From positions 2,127,047 through 2,191,046 of the forward strand of contig OZ241752.1 in assembly GCA_965201155.1 (NCBI GenBank): 64,000 bases of DNA, written 5' to 3'. Positions 48,841 to 58,640 of this stretch are shown one piece after another. The DNA is from Alphaproteobacteria bacterium (GTDB lineage: Bacteria; Pseudomonadota; Alphaproteobacteria; UBA7887). The translations under genes were made by a program, and so were the position numbers. Positions within the stretch are counted from its first letter, which is position 1; the number at the start of each line of letters is the position of its first letter. Below the pieces are notes generated by a model, which had not been told where the DNA came from, did not search any database, and worked only from the letters and a program-made list of their open reading frames with translations.

Positions 48841-49020
48841 GACGCGGTTCGCGAAAATATAGATAAAATTTTTCCTATATTTTATCCAATCTTGAAATAA
48901 ATATAAAATAAAATAGAAGTTGATTTTCATAAAGGCCAAAACGAAAAATTTTTTTTTCACTAGACAAATAGGCGAATTACTCTCAATAATTAAGTTATGC
49001 ACTGACCTATGACATGAAAA
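48841..49020. other. About 180-bp AT-rich island (roughly 20% GC) in the divergent dnaB / rpoH intergenic region
   Basis: Seen directly. Runs of A/T (aaaatatagataaaatttttcctatattttatcc...aaataaatataaaataaaatag...aaaaatttttttttcac) flanked by about 67% GC coding DNA. Contains the 9-bp inverted repeat AAAATATAG (48854-48862) / CTATATTTT (48875-48883). Confidence 0.8.
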
Positions 49021-49089
49021 TTGGTCTCATGGTCTTTGGCAGAGGGGATAATCAGGCTTCAGGCCGCATAAAAACCGAGGGATGAACCC

Positions 49090-49968
49090 ATGGCCTATGC
49101 AGACACAACCCGCACGCAGAAAGCGAACTGGCGTTACATCAACAGCTCGATGAATGCGGCGTTCCTGACTCGGGATCGGGAGTTCGAACTGGCGCGCCGC
49201 TGGCGCAACGAACAGGATGAAGACGCGCTGCATGAACTCGTGACCGCCTACGGCCGGCTGGTGGTCAAGCTGGCGGCGCGCTTCCGCCATTACGGCTTGC
49301 CGATGAGCGATCTTGTGCAGGAGGGCAATGTCGGCCTGCTGCAGGCCGCGTCGCGGTTCGAACCCGACCGCGAAGTACGCTTCTCCACCTACGCCTCCTG
49401 GTGGATACGCTCGATGATGCAGGAATTCGTCCTGCGCAACTGGTCCATCGTGCGCACCGGCACCACCGCGGCGCAAAAGTCGCTGTTCTTCAATCTGCGC
49501 CGCCTCCGCGCCCGCCATCTCGACGAGGCCGAGGGCCGGCTCAGTTCTGATGCGCGAAACCAGATCGCTGACGAACTGCGCGTGCGCGCATGCGATGTCG
49601 AAGACATGGAAATGCGCCTGACCGGCGCCGATCAGTCGCTCAACACGACGCTCGGCGACTCCGGCGAGGACCAATGGCAGGACTTCCTCGCCGACGACCG
49701 TCCGTCGCCCGAAGAGGAAGTTCAGGACCGCCGCGACTCCCACACCTGGTCGTGCTGGCTCGCGGACGCGCTGGAAGAACTCACGCCGCGCGAGAATGTC
49801 ATCATCCGGGAACGCCGCCTCACCGAAAATGTCGTGACGCTGGGAGAACTCGGCAAGCGCCTCGGAATCTCCAAGGAACGGGTGCGGCAAATCGAGCACA
49901 AGGCCCTGCAGAAGCTGCGTGTGTCGCTGGGCCGCCGCTGCAACCCGGCGCCCGCCCACGCAATGTAG
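49090..49968 (+). CDS. rpoH: RNA polymerase sigma-32 (heat-shock sigma factor)
   Basis: 292 aa. RpoH box QKSLFFNLRRLR. Region 2 VQEGNVGLLQAASRFEPDREVRFSTYASWWIR. C-terminal 4.2 HTH. Confidence 0.9.
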   Translation: MAYADTTRTQKANWRYINSSMNAAFLTRDREFELARRWRNEQDEDALHELVTAYGRLVVKLAARFRHYGLPMSDLVQEGNVGLLQAASRFEPDREVRFSTYASWWIRSMMQEFVLRNWSIVRTGTTAAQKSLFFNLRRLRARHLDEAEGRLSSDARNQIADELRVRACDVEDMEMRLTGADQSLNTTLGDSGEDQWQDFLADDRPSPEEEVQDRRDSHTWSCWLADALEELTPRENVIIRERRLTENVVTLGELGKRLGISKERVRQIEHKALQKLRVSLGRRCNPAPAHAM

Positions 49969-49990
49969 GCCTCCTGGCGTGACGGCAAGA

Positions 49991-50533
49991 ATGCTCGCCG
50001 GGACAGTAGTGGCCTTCCATGCGGCGGCAATGGCGAGCATGGCGCTCCAGGCCTTCGCGAACCCGGAGCCATGCCGCATCACCGAGGGGTCGGGAGCACC
50101 CGTGACGCGCGACGGGCGTTCGACCCTGGAGCGGCTGACGGTAACGGTGCACGACAGCGCGCCCGGGGCGAAAATCGACGGTGAAGCCCCCATCGGCATC
50201 CGGGAAACCGGTGGCGTTCACAGATATGCGGCGAACTGGACGATACGCGCACAAGCGGACCTGCGAGCCGTGGAAACACGGTTCCTGCTGTTCGATATCT
50301 GGAACGAGCAGACGCAAATGCTGAAATCGGCGAAGATTCTCGATATGCCGCCCGGCAGCGCGCATGTCTTTCGCGCAGAATGGCCGATACCCGATGAAAA
50401 CGAAGCGGCAGAACACTACGCTTCCGTTGCCTATATTGCCCGGACGAGAACTGCCGACGGACACATTTTCACCGGCGACACCGCCTGCGTTCTCGACGGT
50501 GTGCAAAGAATCGACCCGACAGTCAGGCAGTGA
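49991..50533 (+). CDS. Hypothetical exported protein
   Basis: 180 aa from the in-frame ATG at 49991. Signal-peptide-like N-terminus (MLAGTVVAFHAAAMASMALQAFA). No recognisable family. The longer track ORF would overlap the rpoH 3' end. Confidence 0.4.
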   Translation: MLAGTVVAFHAAAMASMALQAFANPEPCRITEGSGAPVTRDGRSTLERLTVTVHDSAPGAKIDGEAPIGIRETGGVHRYAANWTIRAQADLRAVETRFLLFDIWNEQTQMLKSAKILDMPPGSAHVFRAEWPIPDENEAAEHYASVAYIARTRTADGHIFTGDTACVLDGVQRIDPTVRQ

Positions 50534-50570
50534 ACGATGCGAACCCGTGTTCGCCACAGGAGGCAGGAGC

Positions 50571-51299
50571 ATGACCCTCGAAGGTATCAAGGCGCTGACA
50601 TTCGACACCGGCGGCACGATCCTGGACTGGCACAGCGGCTTCGCGGATGCGCTGGCGCAGCTTGGCGCCAGACACGGCGTGACGAGCGACTGGGGCGCCG
50701 CCGCCAATGCGCTGCGCCGCCAATCACTGACTTATGTGCTGGGGCAGGGCGAGAGCGGGCCGCCGCAATATAATTTCGACGACGGGCACCGCCTCGCGCT
50801 GGACCAGGTGCTGGCCGGAATCGGCCTCGACGCCGCCAATCCCGCGGAGCGCCGCGCGGTCTGGCGCGATGCTGCGCACAGCCTGACTTGCTGGCCCGAT
50901 TTTCCGGCCGTTCTTCCACGGCTTCGCACGCGCTATGTCTGCGCGTCGTTCACCTTGCTCAGCGTTGCCATCATCATTGACACGGCGCGCCGCAACGGCC
51001 TTTCGTGGGACGCTGTCCTGTCCTGCGAGATGATGGGCAAATACAAGCCCTTGCCCGATGCCTACCTGACCGCGGCGCGATGGCTGCAACTCGACCCCGC
51101 ATCCTGCTGCATGGTCGCGTGCCACAATTTCGATCTCGATGCGGCGAAAGCAGCGGGACTACGCACGGCGTTCGTGCGCCGCCCCGCCGAATGGGGCGCG
51201 GCCGGTCCGCCGGACCCGACGCCCAATCCGCATCACGACATCATTGTCGACGATTTTCCGCAGCTTGCCGAGGCGCTTGGCGTCGCCCTCAGCGGCTGA
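50571..51299 (+). CDS. HAD-superfamily hydrolase, haloacid dehalogenase type II-like
   Basis: 242 aa from the ATG at 50571, which is preceded by AGGAGG. HAD motif I (LTFDTGGTILDW) and a later KPLPDAY motif. Confidence 0.75.
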   Translation: MTLEGIKALTFDTGGTILDWHSGFADALAQLGARHGVTSDWGAAANALRRQSLTYVLGQGESGPPQYNFDDGHRLALDQVLAGIGLDAANPAERRAVWRDAAHSLTCWPDFPAVLPRLRTRYVCASFTLLSVAIIIDTARRNGLSWDAVLSCEMMGKYKPLPDAYLTAARWLQLDPASCCMVACHNFDLDAAKAAGLRTAFVRRPAEWGAAGPPDPTPNPHHDIIVDDFPQLAEALGVALSG

Positions 51300-51302
51300 C
51301 TG

Positions 51303-51761
51303 TCAGGGGTCGTTGTCAGTGTGCGTCGGCGGCGGCGCGTTCGGCGACAAGTGACGCCACGTGCCGTCGATCACCACGCCCGGCCGCGGGGTGAGACGGC
51401 GGCAAAGCCACTGCGCTGCGGCCCGCCGCAGCGGCGGAACCAGCAACAGCGCGCCAACAAAATCGGTGATGAACCCGGGCGCCAGCAGCATCAGCCCGGC
51501 AGCTGCCAGTGCCAGCCCCTCGACCGCTTCGAGAACCGGCGGCTCGCGGCGCCGGAACGCGGCAGCGAACCGCTCATGAAGGCCGCCCGCCTGCAGCCGC
51601 ACCAGATACAGTCCGGCAACCGCCGTCGCGGCCGTGACAGCAACGGTCGCGAGTGCGCCTGCCCAGGTGCCGATGACGGCAAATCCTGCGACCTCCAGAA
51701 GCAGCAGACCGTAGATGAAAGCGGGAATACGCACGCGCGCCGCCGGTTTGTCATTGTTCAT
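51303..51761 (-). CDS. fxsA: FxsA family cytoplasmic membrane protein
   Basis: About 152 aa from the internal Met (MNNDKPAARVRIPAFIYGLLLLE). Family signature AGLMLLAPGFITDFVGALLLVPPLRR. Confidence 0.7.
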   Translation of the reverse strand: MNNDKPAARVRIPAFIYGLLLLEVAGFAVIGTWAGALATVAVTAATAVAGLYLVRLQAGGLHERFAAAFRRREPPVLEAVEGLALAAAGLMLLAPGFITDFVGALLLVPPLRRAAAQWLCRRLTPRPGVVIDGTWRHLSPNAPPPTHTDNDP

Positions 51762-51905
51762 CGGACAAACGCGCAACCGGACGCCGGAAAGGCGCGCGCC
51801 TCACTGGACCGCGTTTGCGCAAGGCACTAGAGTAGGCCGCAGGGACCGGTTCGGCAAGTACCGGGGCGTGGTCGTCAAGGCTTCGATGCGGGATGTGATC
51901 GCAGT

Positions 51906-52613
51906 ATGGAAAATTCGGGTTTCATCGACATTCTCATACTCGCGATGATCGCGGCGTTTCTTGTGTTTCGCCTGCGTTCGGCCCTGGGCCGCCGCACCGG
52001 GCATCAACGCCCGCAGGATCGCTTCTCCCGCGATACGGAGGACTCCGGGGATACCGTTGTTCATCTGCCCGAGCGCGGCAGCGGAGATGCGGCGCCGCAC
52101 AAGGCGCCCGATGGGGAGCCGGAATCCGCCGCCGAGGAAGATGAAGCCGCCGTCACTTCCCCAGAAATCCCCGGACTCACCGAACTGCAAGATGTCGATC
52201 CCGACTTCGGCCCGGATGAGTTTCTCGAAGGCGCCCGCATTGCCTTCGAGATGATCCTCGACGCCTATGCCAGCGGCGACAAGGATCAGATGAGAGCCTT
52301 GCTCGCCGACGATGTTCTGGAACGCTTCGTAAGCGAAATCGACAACCGCGCGCAGGCCCGCCGCACGCTGGAATCCACGCTGGTGTCGTTCGTCTCGGTG
52401 AGCATCGAAACCGCCCGCATCGAGGGCCGCAGCGCCAATGTCACCGTGCGCTTCGTCACCGAACAGATCAACCTTCTGCGGGACGAAGACGGCAATGCCG
52501 TGGAGGGCGACGGGCAGGCCGTCACACAACTGGTTGATGTCTGGACGTTCGAGCGCGACCTGCGTTCGCGCGATCCCAATTGGCGGCTGGTTGAAACCGG
52601 CGCGGCGGACTGA
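51906..52613 (+). CDS. Tim44-like domain protein (single N-terminal TM)
   Basis: 235 aa. N-terminal TM (IDILILAMIAAFLVFRL), acidic linker, and a C-terminal Tim44/NTF2-like domain. Tim44-mltA adjacency is conserved in alphaproteobacteria. Confidence 0.75.
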   Translation: MENSGFIDILILAMIAAFLVFRLRSALGRRTGHQRPQDRFSRDTEDSGDTVVHLPERGSGDAAPHKAPDGEPESAAEEDEAAVTSPEIPGLTELQDVDPDFGPDEFLEGARIAFEMILDAYASGDKDQMRALLADDVLERFVSEIDNRAQARRTLESTLVSFVSVSIETARIEGRSANVTVRFVTEQINLLRDEDGNAVEGDGQAVTQLVDVWTFERDLRSRDPNWRLVETGAAD

Positions 52614-52638
52614 GGCCGCCCACAAACCGGACGCGAAA

Positions 52639-53847
52639 ATGCGAATCCCCGCCGCCCTCGCACTGTGCCTGTGCCTGTGGCTGGCGGCATGCGGCGGCGA
52701 TGACGAACGGCCTGGCATGGACGGTGTCGTTTCCTGGACCCCGGTCGCCTTTTCGGAGCTGCCGGGCTGGCGGCAGGACAATCACCACGAAGCGGCAGCG
52801 GCGCTGGAGAAATCCTGCGCCCGTCTGGCAGGACTGCCGGACGCGCGTTCGCTGGGCGCCGACGGTCTGGCCGGAACGGTAGCGGACTGGCGCGCGCCAT
52901 GCGCTGCACTGGGTGCGCTCGAGCGCAGCAACCGTGAAGCGGCGCGGCGGTTTTTCGAAGACTGGTTCGTTCCCCACCGCGCCCGGAACGGGTCCGAAAC
53001 CGGCCTGTTTACCGGCTATTACGAACCCACGCTGGAAGCATCCAGAACCCGCTCCGAAACCTACGCCACCCCGCTCCATACGCGCCCGCAAGAACTTGTT
53101 ATGGTGGCGTTGGGGGACTTCCGGCCCGATTTGAGCGGTCGGCGCATTGCCGGGCGGGTGGTCAACGGACAACTGAAACCCTACCCGTCGCGCAGTGAAA
53201 TTGTCGCCGGCGCATTGAACGATCGCGGCCTCGAACTCGCCTGGGTTGCCGATCCCGTCGATGCCTTCTTCCTGCAGATCCAGGGGTCGGGCCGCCTCTC
53301 CCTCGACGACGGCTCAACCTTGCGTGTGGGCTATGCCGGCCAGAACGGACATCCCTACACGGCGATCGGCAAGGTTCTCATCGACGAAGGCGCCATGGCG
53401 CGCGAGGACGTCTCCATGCAGTCGATCCGCGCCTGGCTCGCCGCCCATCCCGACCAGGCAGAGCGAGTCATGAATGCCAACCGCTCCTATGTCTTTTTCC
53501 GCGCGCTTGCCGGCGACGGCCCCATCGGCGCGCAAGGCGTCGCACTGACGCCGGGCCGGTCGCTGGCAGTGGATCGCCGGTTTGTCCCCTTGTCGATTCC
53601 GGTATGGCTCGATACCACCGCACCGACCCCCGACGGCGCGGGCGGCACCCCGCTGCGCCGCCTCGTCATCGCGCAGGATACGGGCGGCGCCATTCGCGGC
53701 GCCGTGCGCGGCGACGTGTTCTGGGGTGCCGGAAAGGATGCCGCCGCCATCGCCGGACGCATGAACAGCAGCGGGCGCTATTTTCTGCTCCTGCCGCGCC
53801 TGCCCGCCACGGTCGGGCGCGAACCCGCTGACGCAATTCCATCCTGA
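52639..53847 (+). CDS. mltA: Membrane-bound lytic murein transglycosylase A
   Basis: Start at the internal Met (MRIPAALALCLCLWLAACGG, lipoprotein signal), about 402 aa. MltA 3D/double-psi barrel region (FFLQIQGSGRL ... IAQDTGGAIRG). Confidence 0.8.
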   Translation: MRIPAALALCLCLWLAACGGDDERPGMDGVVSWTPVAFSELPGWRQDNHHEAAAALEKSCARLAGLPDARSLGADGLAGTVADWRAPCAALGALERSNREAARRFFEDWFVPHRARNGSETGLFTGYYEPTLEASRTRSETYATPLHTRPQELVMVALGDFRPDLSGRRIAGRVVNGQLKPYPSRSEIVAGALNDRGLELAWVADPVDAFFLQIQGSGRLSLDDGSTLRVGYAGQNGHPYTAIGKVLIDEGAMAREDVSMQSIRAWLAAHPDQAERVMNANRSYVFFRALAGDGPIGAQGVALTPGRSLAVDRRFVPLSIPVWLDTTAPTPDGAGGTPLRRLVIAQDTGGAIRGAVRGDVFWGAGKDAAAIAGRMNSSGRYFLLLPRLPATVGREPADAIPS

Positions 53848-53972
53848 CAAGGGGGGTGTCCGCAAGCACTGCAACCGTCGGCGGCGAAATTGCGCGATTG
53901 CAGCAAATATGTCATTTTGCCGGGTAATTGCCGGCGACAACACTGTTTATTCAGGCGCGAGGAAAGGTAATC

Positions 53973-54440
53973 ATGATGAGAATGCGGAGCGTAGCAAGTT
54001 TACTTGCGGTTTTACTTGCCATGGCCCTCGTGCCGGGATGTCAGATGGGGGCCGGCTTTGGCGGCACCAAGAAAGAACCCTCCGGCGCCTTCAACATGGC
54101 CGATATGCCGGTTGCCGAACTGGTCAGGCACTGGGGTCATTCCACCGCCGTGTCGCGAGACCCGGAAACCGATTGCGAAATGCGCATCTATCGTGCGCGC
54201 AGCGGGTTGGCGAAAGGTCCCCTCCTCTGCGCCGATTCCGCGGAGTCGGCAACCGGCCGCTGGTCGGTGCTGGGCGGCGGCGCCTATTGCCTCGTCTGGC
54301 GCAACCAGTCATGGGGCAATGCCTGCTACGCCTGGACGCATCTCGGCGGCGGCCAGTTTGCCTGGGAGCGCATATCCGGTGCCGGCGGAGCGGCGTCCGG
54401 CGAATGGCAGGACTACGCCGCCAATATGTACGGCATGTAG
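53973..54440 (+). CDS. Hypothetical lipoprotein
   Basis: About 155 aa from MMRMRSVASLLAVLLAMALVPGCQ (signal plus a lipobox-like VPGC). Contains four further Cys. No recognisable family. Confidence 0.4.
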   Translation: MMRMRSVASLLAVLLAMALVPGCQMGAGFGGTKKEPSGAFNMADMPVAELVRHWGHSTAVSRDPETDCEMRIYRARSGLAKGPLLCADSAESATGRWSVLGGGAYCLVWRNQSWGNACYAWTHLGGGQFAWERISGAGGAASGEWQDYAANMYGM

Positions 54441-54525
54441 CCGTTCGCCCGCAATTCAGCCGCGAATCCCCCGTTTCCGGCGGGGGCCGGGGCCGCCGCC
54501 GCCGGGCGGCAGGAAAGGAACCGGC

Positions 54526-55302
54526 ATGGCCAGGCCGCACCGCGTTGATATCGAACCCAGCCCGCGCCGTGTGCGCGCCCTATTCGCAGGCGCCACCGTC
54601 GCCGACAGCACCAACACGCTGCTGGTGCGGGAGACCGGCTACCGCCCGGTCTATTATTTCCCCTTTGCCGATATTGCTGCCGGCCTGCTTGCCGCCACCG
54701 ACCACCACACACGCTGCCCCTACAAGGGCGAGGCATCCTATTGGACGATTTCGGCCAACGGGCGGACGGCCGACAATGCGGCCTGGGGATACCCGGAGCC
54801 GATTCCCGCGGCGGCAGCGCTGAAGGACCATGTCGCATTCTATTGGGACCGGCTCGATCACTGGTACGAAGAGGATGAGGAGATCTTCGTGCATCCGCGC
54901 GACCCCCATGTGCGCGTGGATGTCGTCGCCAGCCGCCGCCGGGTCCAGGTGCGCCACGCCGGCGTCGTGCTGGCTGACACGCGGCAAGCGCTGTTCCTGT
55001 TCGAAACCGGACTGCCCACGCGCCATTACATTCCGCCGGCCGACATACGCACCGACCTGCTGGCGGAGTCGGCGGCGGTCACGCGCTGCCCCTACAAGGG
55101 AATTGCCGCCTACCGCTCCGCGGTGATCGACGGCCGCACCTCGGAGGATATCGCCTGGGTCTATGAAGCGCCGATTGCCGAATGCCCGAGAATTGCCGGC
55201 CATATCTGCTTTTTTGCCGAACGGGTGGACGAAATCCGGATTGACGGCGTAGCGGTGCTGCGCCCCGACACCCCCTGGTCCCGCCCGCGGCAGAGTCCTT
55301 GA
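54526..55302 (+). CDS. DUF427 domain protein (tandem duplication)
   Basis: 258 aa from the ATG at 54526, preceded by AGGAAAGGAA. Two repeats each carry T-R-C-P-Y-K-G-x-A-x-Y (TRCPYKGEASYWTI; TRCPYKGIAAYRSA). Confidence 0.6.
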   Translation: MARPHRVDIEPSPRRVRALFAGATVADSTNTLLVRETGYRPVYYFPFADIAAGLLAATDHHTRCPYKGEASYWTISANGRTADNAAWGYPEPIPAAAALKDHVAFYWDRLDHWYEEDEEIFVHPRDPHVRVDVVASRRRVQVRHAGVVLADTRQALFLFETGLPTRHYIPPADIRTDLLAESAAVTRCPYKGIAAYRSAVIDGRTSEDIAWVYEAPIAECPRIAGHICFFAERVDEIRIDGVAVLRPDTPWSRPRQSP

Positions 55303-55799
55303 CCGCCGGCGTGGTGGATGATGCGGCGGCATTTGCCGCCGCCCTGACGCCCGGTGCGCGTTTGCTCGGCGTTGATCTGGGAACCCGCACCCTCGGTCTG
55401 GCCTTGTCCGACCCGGGGCGGGTGATCGCCAGCCCCGAACAGACGCTGACGCGCGGCCGCTTTCGTGACAATGCAGCGCGCCTCGCCGACCTCTGCGCAC
55501 GCGAACAGGTTGGAGGCGTGGTTGTCGGCCTGCCCCGCAACATGAACGGAAGCGAAGGGCCGCGCGCCCGGTCGGCGCGCGCCTGGGCCGGCAATCTCGC
55601 CGCCCGCCTGAACCTGCCGGTGCTGATGTGGGACGAGCGGCTTTCGACCGTCGCCGTCGAACGCGCCATGATCGCTGCCGACATGACGCGCGCGCGGCGT
55701 GCCGCGCGCCTTGACCGGACCGCCGCGGCGTGGATCCTGCAGGGCGCGCTGACAGCCCTCAGCGCGGCGCCAGCCGCACCGCCCCGTCAAGCCGGATGA
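55299..55799 (+). CDS. ruvX: Holliday junction resolvase-like protein RuvX/YqgF
   Basis: About 155-166 aa. RNase H-like N-terminus LLGVDLGTRTLGLALSD. Alternative start (TTG or GTG) within the first 15 nt. Confidence 0.85.
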   Translation: MTAGVVDDAAAFAAALTPGARLLGVDLGTRTLGLALSDPGRVIASPEQTLTRGRFRDNAARLADLCAREQVGGVVVGLPRNMNGSEGPRARSARAWAGNLAARLNLPVLMWDERLSTVAVERAMIAADMTRARRAARLDRTAAAWILQGALTALSAAPAAPPRQAG

Positions 55800-56526
55800 C
55801 CTCGCCATTCAGCATGTCATTGGCGTAGATCGCGGTCACCAGATCGGCATATTCTTCGGCCGTGCCCAGGCGCTTCGGGAACGGCGTATTGGCGGCCAGC
55901 GAATCCTGCACATCCTGCGGCAGCCCTTGCATCAGCGGAGTGAGAAACAATCCCGGCGCGATGGTCATCACGCGAATGCCGAATTGCGCGAGGTCGCGCG
56001 CTGCCGGCAGGGTGAGACCTACCAGCCCGCCCTTCGACGACGAATACGCCACCTGGCCGATCTGCCCTTCATAAGCGGCCACGGAGGTCGTGTTGACGAT
56101 CAGCCCGCGGCAGCCGCCGGCATCAGGCTCGTTATGCTGCATGGCGTCGGCCGCCGCCTTCAGGGCATTGAAGCTGCCGACAAGGTTGATCATGATCACG
56201 GTCGTGTAGGAATCCAGCGGCAGCACCCCGCGGCGGCCGAGAATGCGGCCCGGGTTGGCGACCCCCGCGCAGCTCACCATCAGCGTCAGCGGCCCAAAAG
56301 CAGCGACCGATTCGCCGACCGCGGCCATCATGTCGGCCTCATCCACGACATCCAGGCGGCGGAAACGTGCGGCGGCGCCCAGCGCCGCGGCGTGCGCCTC
56401 GCCCTTGTCCGGATCGCGGTCGAGCAAGGTGACCTTGCCGCCCGCGGCGACGATACGCGCCGCAGTCGCGGCGCCGAGACCCGAAGCGCCGCCTGTGACA
56501 ATGGCGTGGCAGTCGGCGATCTGCAT
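55759..56526 (-). CDS. SDR family oxidoreductase (3-hydroxyacyl-CoA dehydrogenase type-2-like)
   Basis: 255 aa. TGGASGLG Rossmann motif and a YSSSK catalytic motif. Confidence 0.8.
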   Translation of the reverse strand: MQIADCHAIVTGGASGLGAATAARIVAAGGKVTLLDRDPDKGEAHAAALGAAARFRRLDVVDEADMMAAVGESVAAFGPLTLMVSCAGVANPGRILGRRGVLPLDSYTTVIMINLVGSFNALKAAADAMQHNEPDAGGCRGLIVNTTSVAAYEGQIGQVAYSSSKGGLVGLTLPAARDLAQFGIRVMTIAPGLFLTPLMQGLPQDVQDSLAANTPFPKRLGTAEEYADLVTAIYANDMLNGEVIRLDGAVRLAPR

Positions 56527-56553
56527 GGTGGAAGCTCCTTTCCTGATGTGGCC

Positions 56554-57318
56554 TTACGGCAAAAACTGCTCGGTAATGATGCGTTCTTCCAGATTGTGTT
56601 CCGGGTCGAACAGCAGGACGAGTCGCGTGCGCGGGTCCTGCGCGATCGTTACGCGCGTCACGCCGCGCACTTCCGTATAGTCGGCAGTGGCACTGACGGG
56701 GCGGCGGTCCGCATCCAGCACATCGACGGTCAGCGTGGCGGATTCCGGCAGCAGCGCGCCGCGCCAGCGCCGCGGGCGGAAGGCGCAGATCGGCGTCAGC
56801 GCCAGCAGCCGCGACTCCAGTGGCAGGATCGGCCCGTAAGCGGAAAGATTATAGGCCGTACTGCCCGCCGGCGTCGCCATGATCGCTCCGTCGCAGACCA
56901 GGCGTTCAAGGCGTTCGCGCCCGTCGATCGACAGACGCAGATGCGCCGCCAGCCGCGTCTCGCGCAACAGCGACACCTCGTTGACTGCCAGCCCCTCCAC
57001 CGTGCCTTTCTCGCCTTCTGCGATCATGCGCAGCGGGTGCAGTGTGGTGCGGGCTGCGGCCGCGATCCGCTCGGGCAGGCGGTCGGGCTGATAGCGGTTC
57101 ATCAGAAAGCCCACCGTGCCGCGGTTTATGCCGTAGATCGGCACATCGCGCGCCATGAACCGGTGAAGCACTTCGATCATGAAACCGTCGCCGCCCAGGG
57201 CGACAATGACGTCCGCTTCCTCCGGCGCGCAATGGCCGTAGGCCTCACGCAGCGCGGCGCCGGCCTCTGCCGCCGCCGGATAGGCCGCAGCCAGGAAACT
57301 GAGTGCCGGGCGCGGCAC
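56554..57318 (-). CDS. nadK: NAD+ kinase
   Basis: 254 aa. GGDGF motif ([14 protein letters not shown]) and the NRGTVGFL segment. Confidence 0.85.
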   Translation of the reverse strand: MPRPALSFLAAAYPAAAEAGAALREAYGHCAPEEADVIVALGGDGFMIEVLHRFMARDVPIYGINRGTVGFLMNRYQPDRLPERIAAAARTTLHPLRMIAEGEKGTVEGLAVNEVSLLRETRLAAHLRLSIDGRERLERLVCDGAIMATPAGSTAYNLSAYGPILPLESRLLALTPICAFRPRRWRGALLPESATLTVDVLDADRRPVSATADYTEVRGVTRVTIAQDPRTRLVLLFDPEHNLEERIITEQFLP

Positions 57319-57325
57319 GCGCGGC

Positions 57326-58315
57326 TTAGCCGCCGGTGACGCTCATATGGCGGGCGAGGGCAGGCCGCCGGTGACGACGATCAATGATGAAATCATGACC
57401 GCGCGGCTTGCGTCCGATCGCTTCGTCGATTGCCGCCATCAAGGGGCCGTCGCTTTCGCTTGCACGGAGCGGCGCGCGCAGATCTGCCGCATCCTCCTGT
57501 CCCAGACACATATACAATGTGCCCGTGCAGGTCAGCCGCACGCGGTTGCACGACTCGCAGAAATTATGCGTGAGCGGCGTAATGAAACCCAGCCGTTGCC
57601 CTGTCTCCTCCACGCGCACATAACGCGCGGGACCGCCGCTGGCATAGTCGATATCGGTCAGTGTCCAGCGCTTGCGCAAGCGGCTGCGCACCAGGGACAA
57701 CGGCAGATACTGGTCCGTGCGGTCGCCGGTGATGTCGCCCAGCGGCATGGTTTCGATCAGCGTCAGGTCATGCCCCTCGCGCCCGCACCACGCGATCATG
57801 TCGTCGAATTCGTGCTCATTGACGCCTTTCAGCGCCACGGCGTTGATCTTCACGGCAAGTCCCGCCCGCTGTGCTGCGGCAATGCCGCTCAGCACTTTTT
57901 CGAGGCGGCCCCAGCGGGTGATTTCAGCGAAGCGCCCAGGGTCCAGTGTATCCAGCGAAACATTGACCCGGCGCACGCCAAGGTCGTGCAGTTCCTGGGC
58001 GAAGCGGCCGAGCTGGCTGCCATTGGTGGTAAGGGTCAATTCTTCCAGCGCGCCGCTGACAAGATGGCGCGAAAGGCTGCGAATCAAGCCCATGACGCCC
58101 TTGCGTACCAGCGGCTCGCCCCCCGTCAGCCGCAATTTGCGCACGCCCCGCGCAACGAAGGCGCTGCACAGCCGGTCGAGTTCCTCAAGCGTGAGAATTT
58201 CCGCCTTTGGCAGGAAGGTCATATCCTCCGCCATGCAGTAGACACAGCGAAAGTCGCAGCGATCCGTGACTGAAACCCGCAAATAGGTGATATGCCGCCC
58301 GAACGGATCAATCAT
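57326..58315 (-). CDS. moaA: GTP 3',8-cyclase (molybdenum cofactor biosynthesis protein A)
   Basis: 329 aa. Radical-SAM CDFRCVYC cluster near the N-terminus and a C-terminal [13 protein letters not shown] cluster. Confidence 0.9.
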   Translation of the reverse strand: MIDPFGRHITYLRVSVTDRCDFRCVYCMAEDMTFLPKAEILTLEELDRLCSAFVARGVRKLRLTGGEPLVRKGVMGLIRSLSRHLVSGALEELTLTTNGSQLGRFAQELHDLGVRRVNVSLDTLDPGRFAEITRWGRLEKVLSGIAAAQRAGLAVKINAVALKGVNEHEFDDMIAWCGREGHDLTLIETMPLGDITGDRTDQYLPLSLVRSRLRKRWTLTDIDYASGGPARYVRVEETGQRLGFITPLTHNFCESCNRVRLTCTGTLYMCLGQEDAADLRAPLRASESDGPLMAAIDEAIGRKPRGHDFIIDRRHRRPALARHMSVTGG

Positions 58316-58421
58316 GCCGCCGTCTCCCCGTATCCTGGTCCGAACTGCTGCCCGAGGGTTATATCCGGCCGTATATAATGCACCGCGTAGCGCGCAGCAA
58401 GCGGCGCCCGGCTGTTGATCC

Positions 58422-58640
58422 TCAGTCGATCTCGATCGCCAGAGTGCCTTCCTCCACCCCTTCCTGGCCTTCGGCGATATGAACCGCCGTCACGACTCCG
58501 TCCGCTTCCGCCTCGAACGGAACTTCCGTTTTCATCACCTCCATGATGAACAGCTCGTCGCCGGCGGCGACCTTGTCGCCTGGTTTGACAAGTACCTTCC
58601 ATATGTTGCCGGTGACTTCGGTGAGTATCTGCTGCGCCAT
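58422..58640 (-). CDS. Stand-alone biotin/lipoyl-attachment domain protein (BCCP-like, 72 aa)
   Basis: Only the C-terminal 72 codons of the long track ORF look coding: [40 protein letters not shown]..., with an EVMKTE biotinylation-type motif. The rest of that ORF is antisense to the tal gene. Confidence 0.55.
   Translation of the reverse strand: MAQQILTEVTGNIWKVLVKPGDKVAAGDELFIMEVMKTEVPFEAEADGVVTAVHIAEGQEGVEEGTLAIEID

Noticed and set aside
48817-49002. 61-aa ORF inside the AT-rich island (MHNLIIESNSPICLVKKKFF...)
   Set aside because: Its codon composition is utterly unlike the rest of the genome. The hydrophobic or poly-K/F content follows automatically from translating A/T runs. It is treated as non-coding regulatory or structural DNA.
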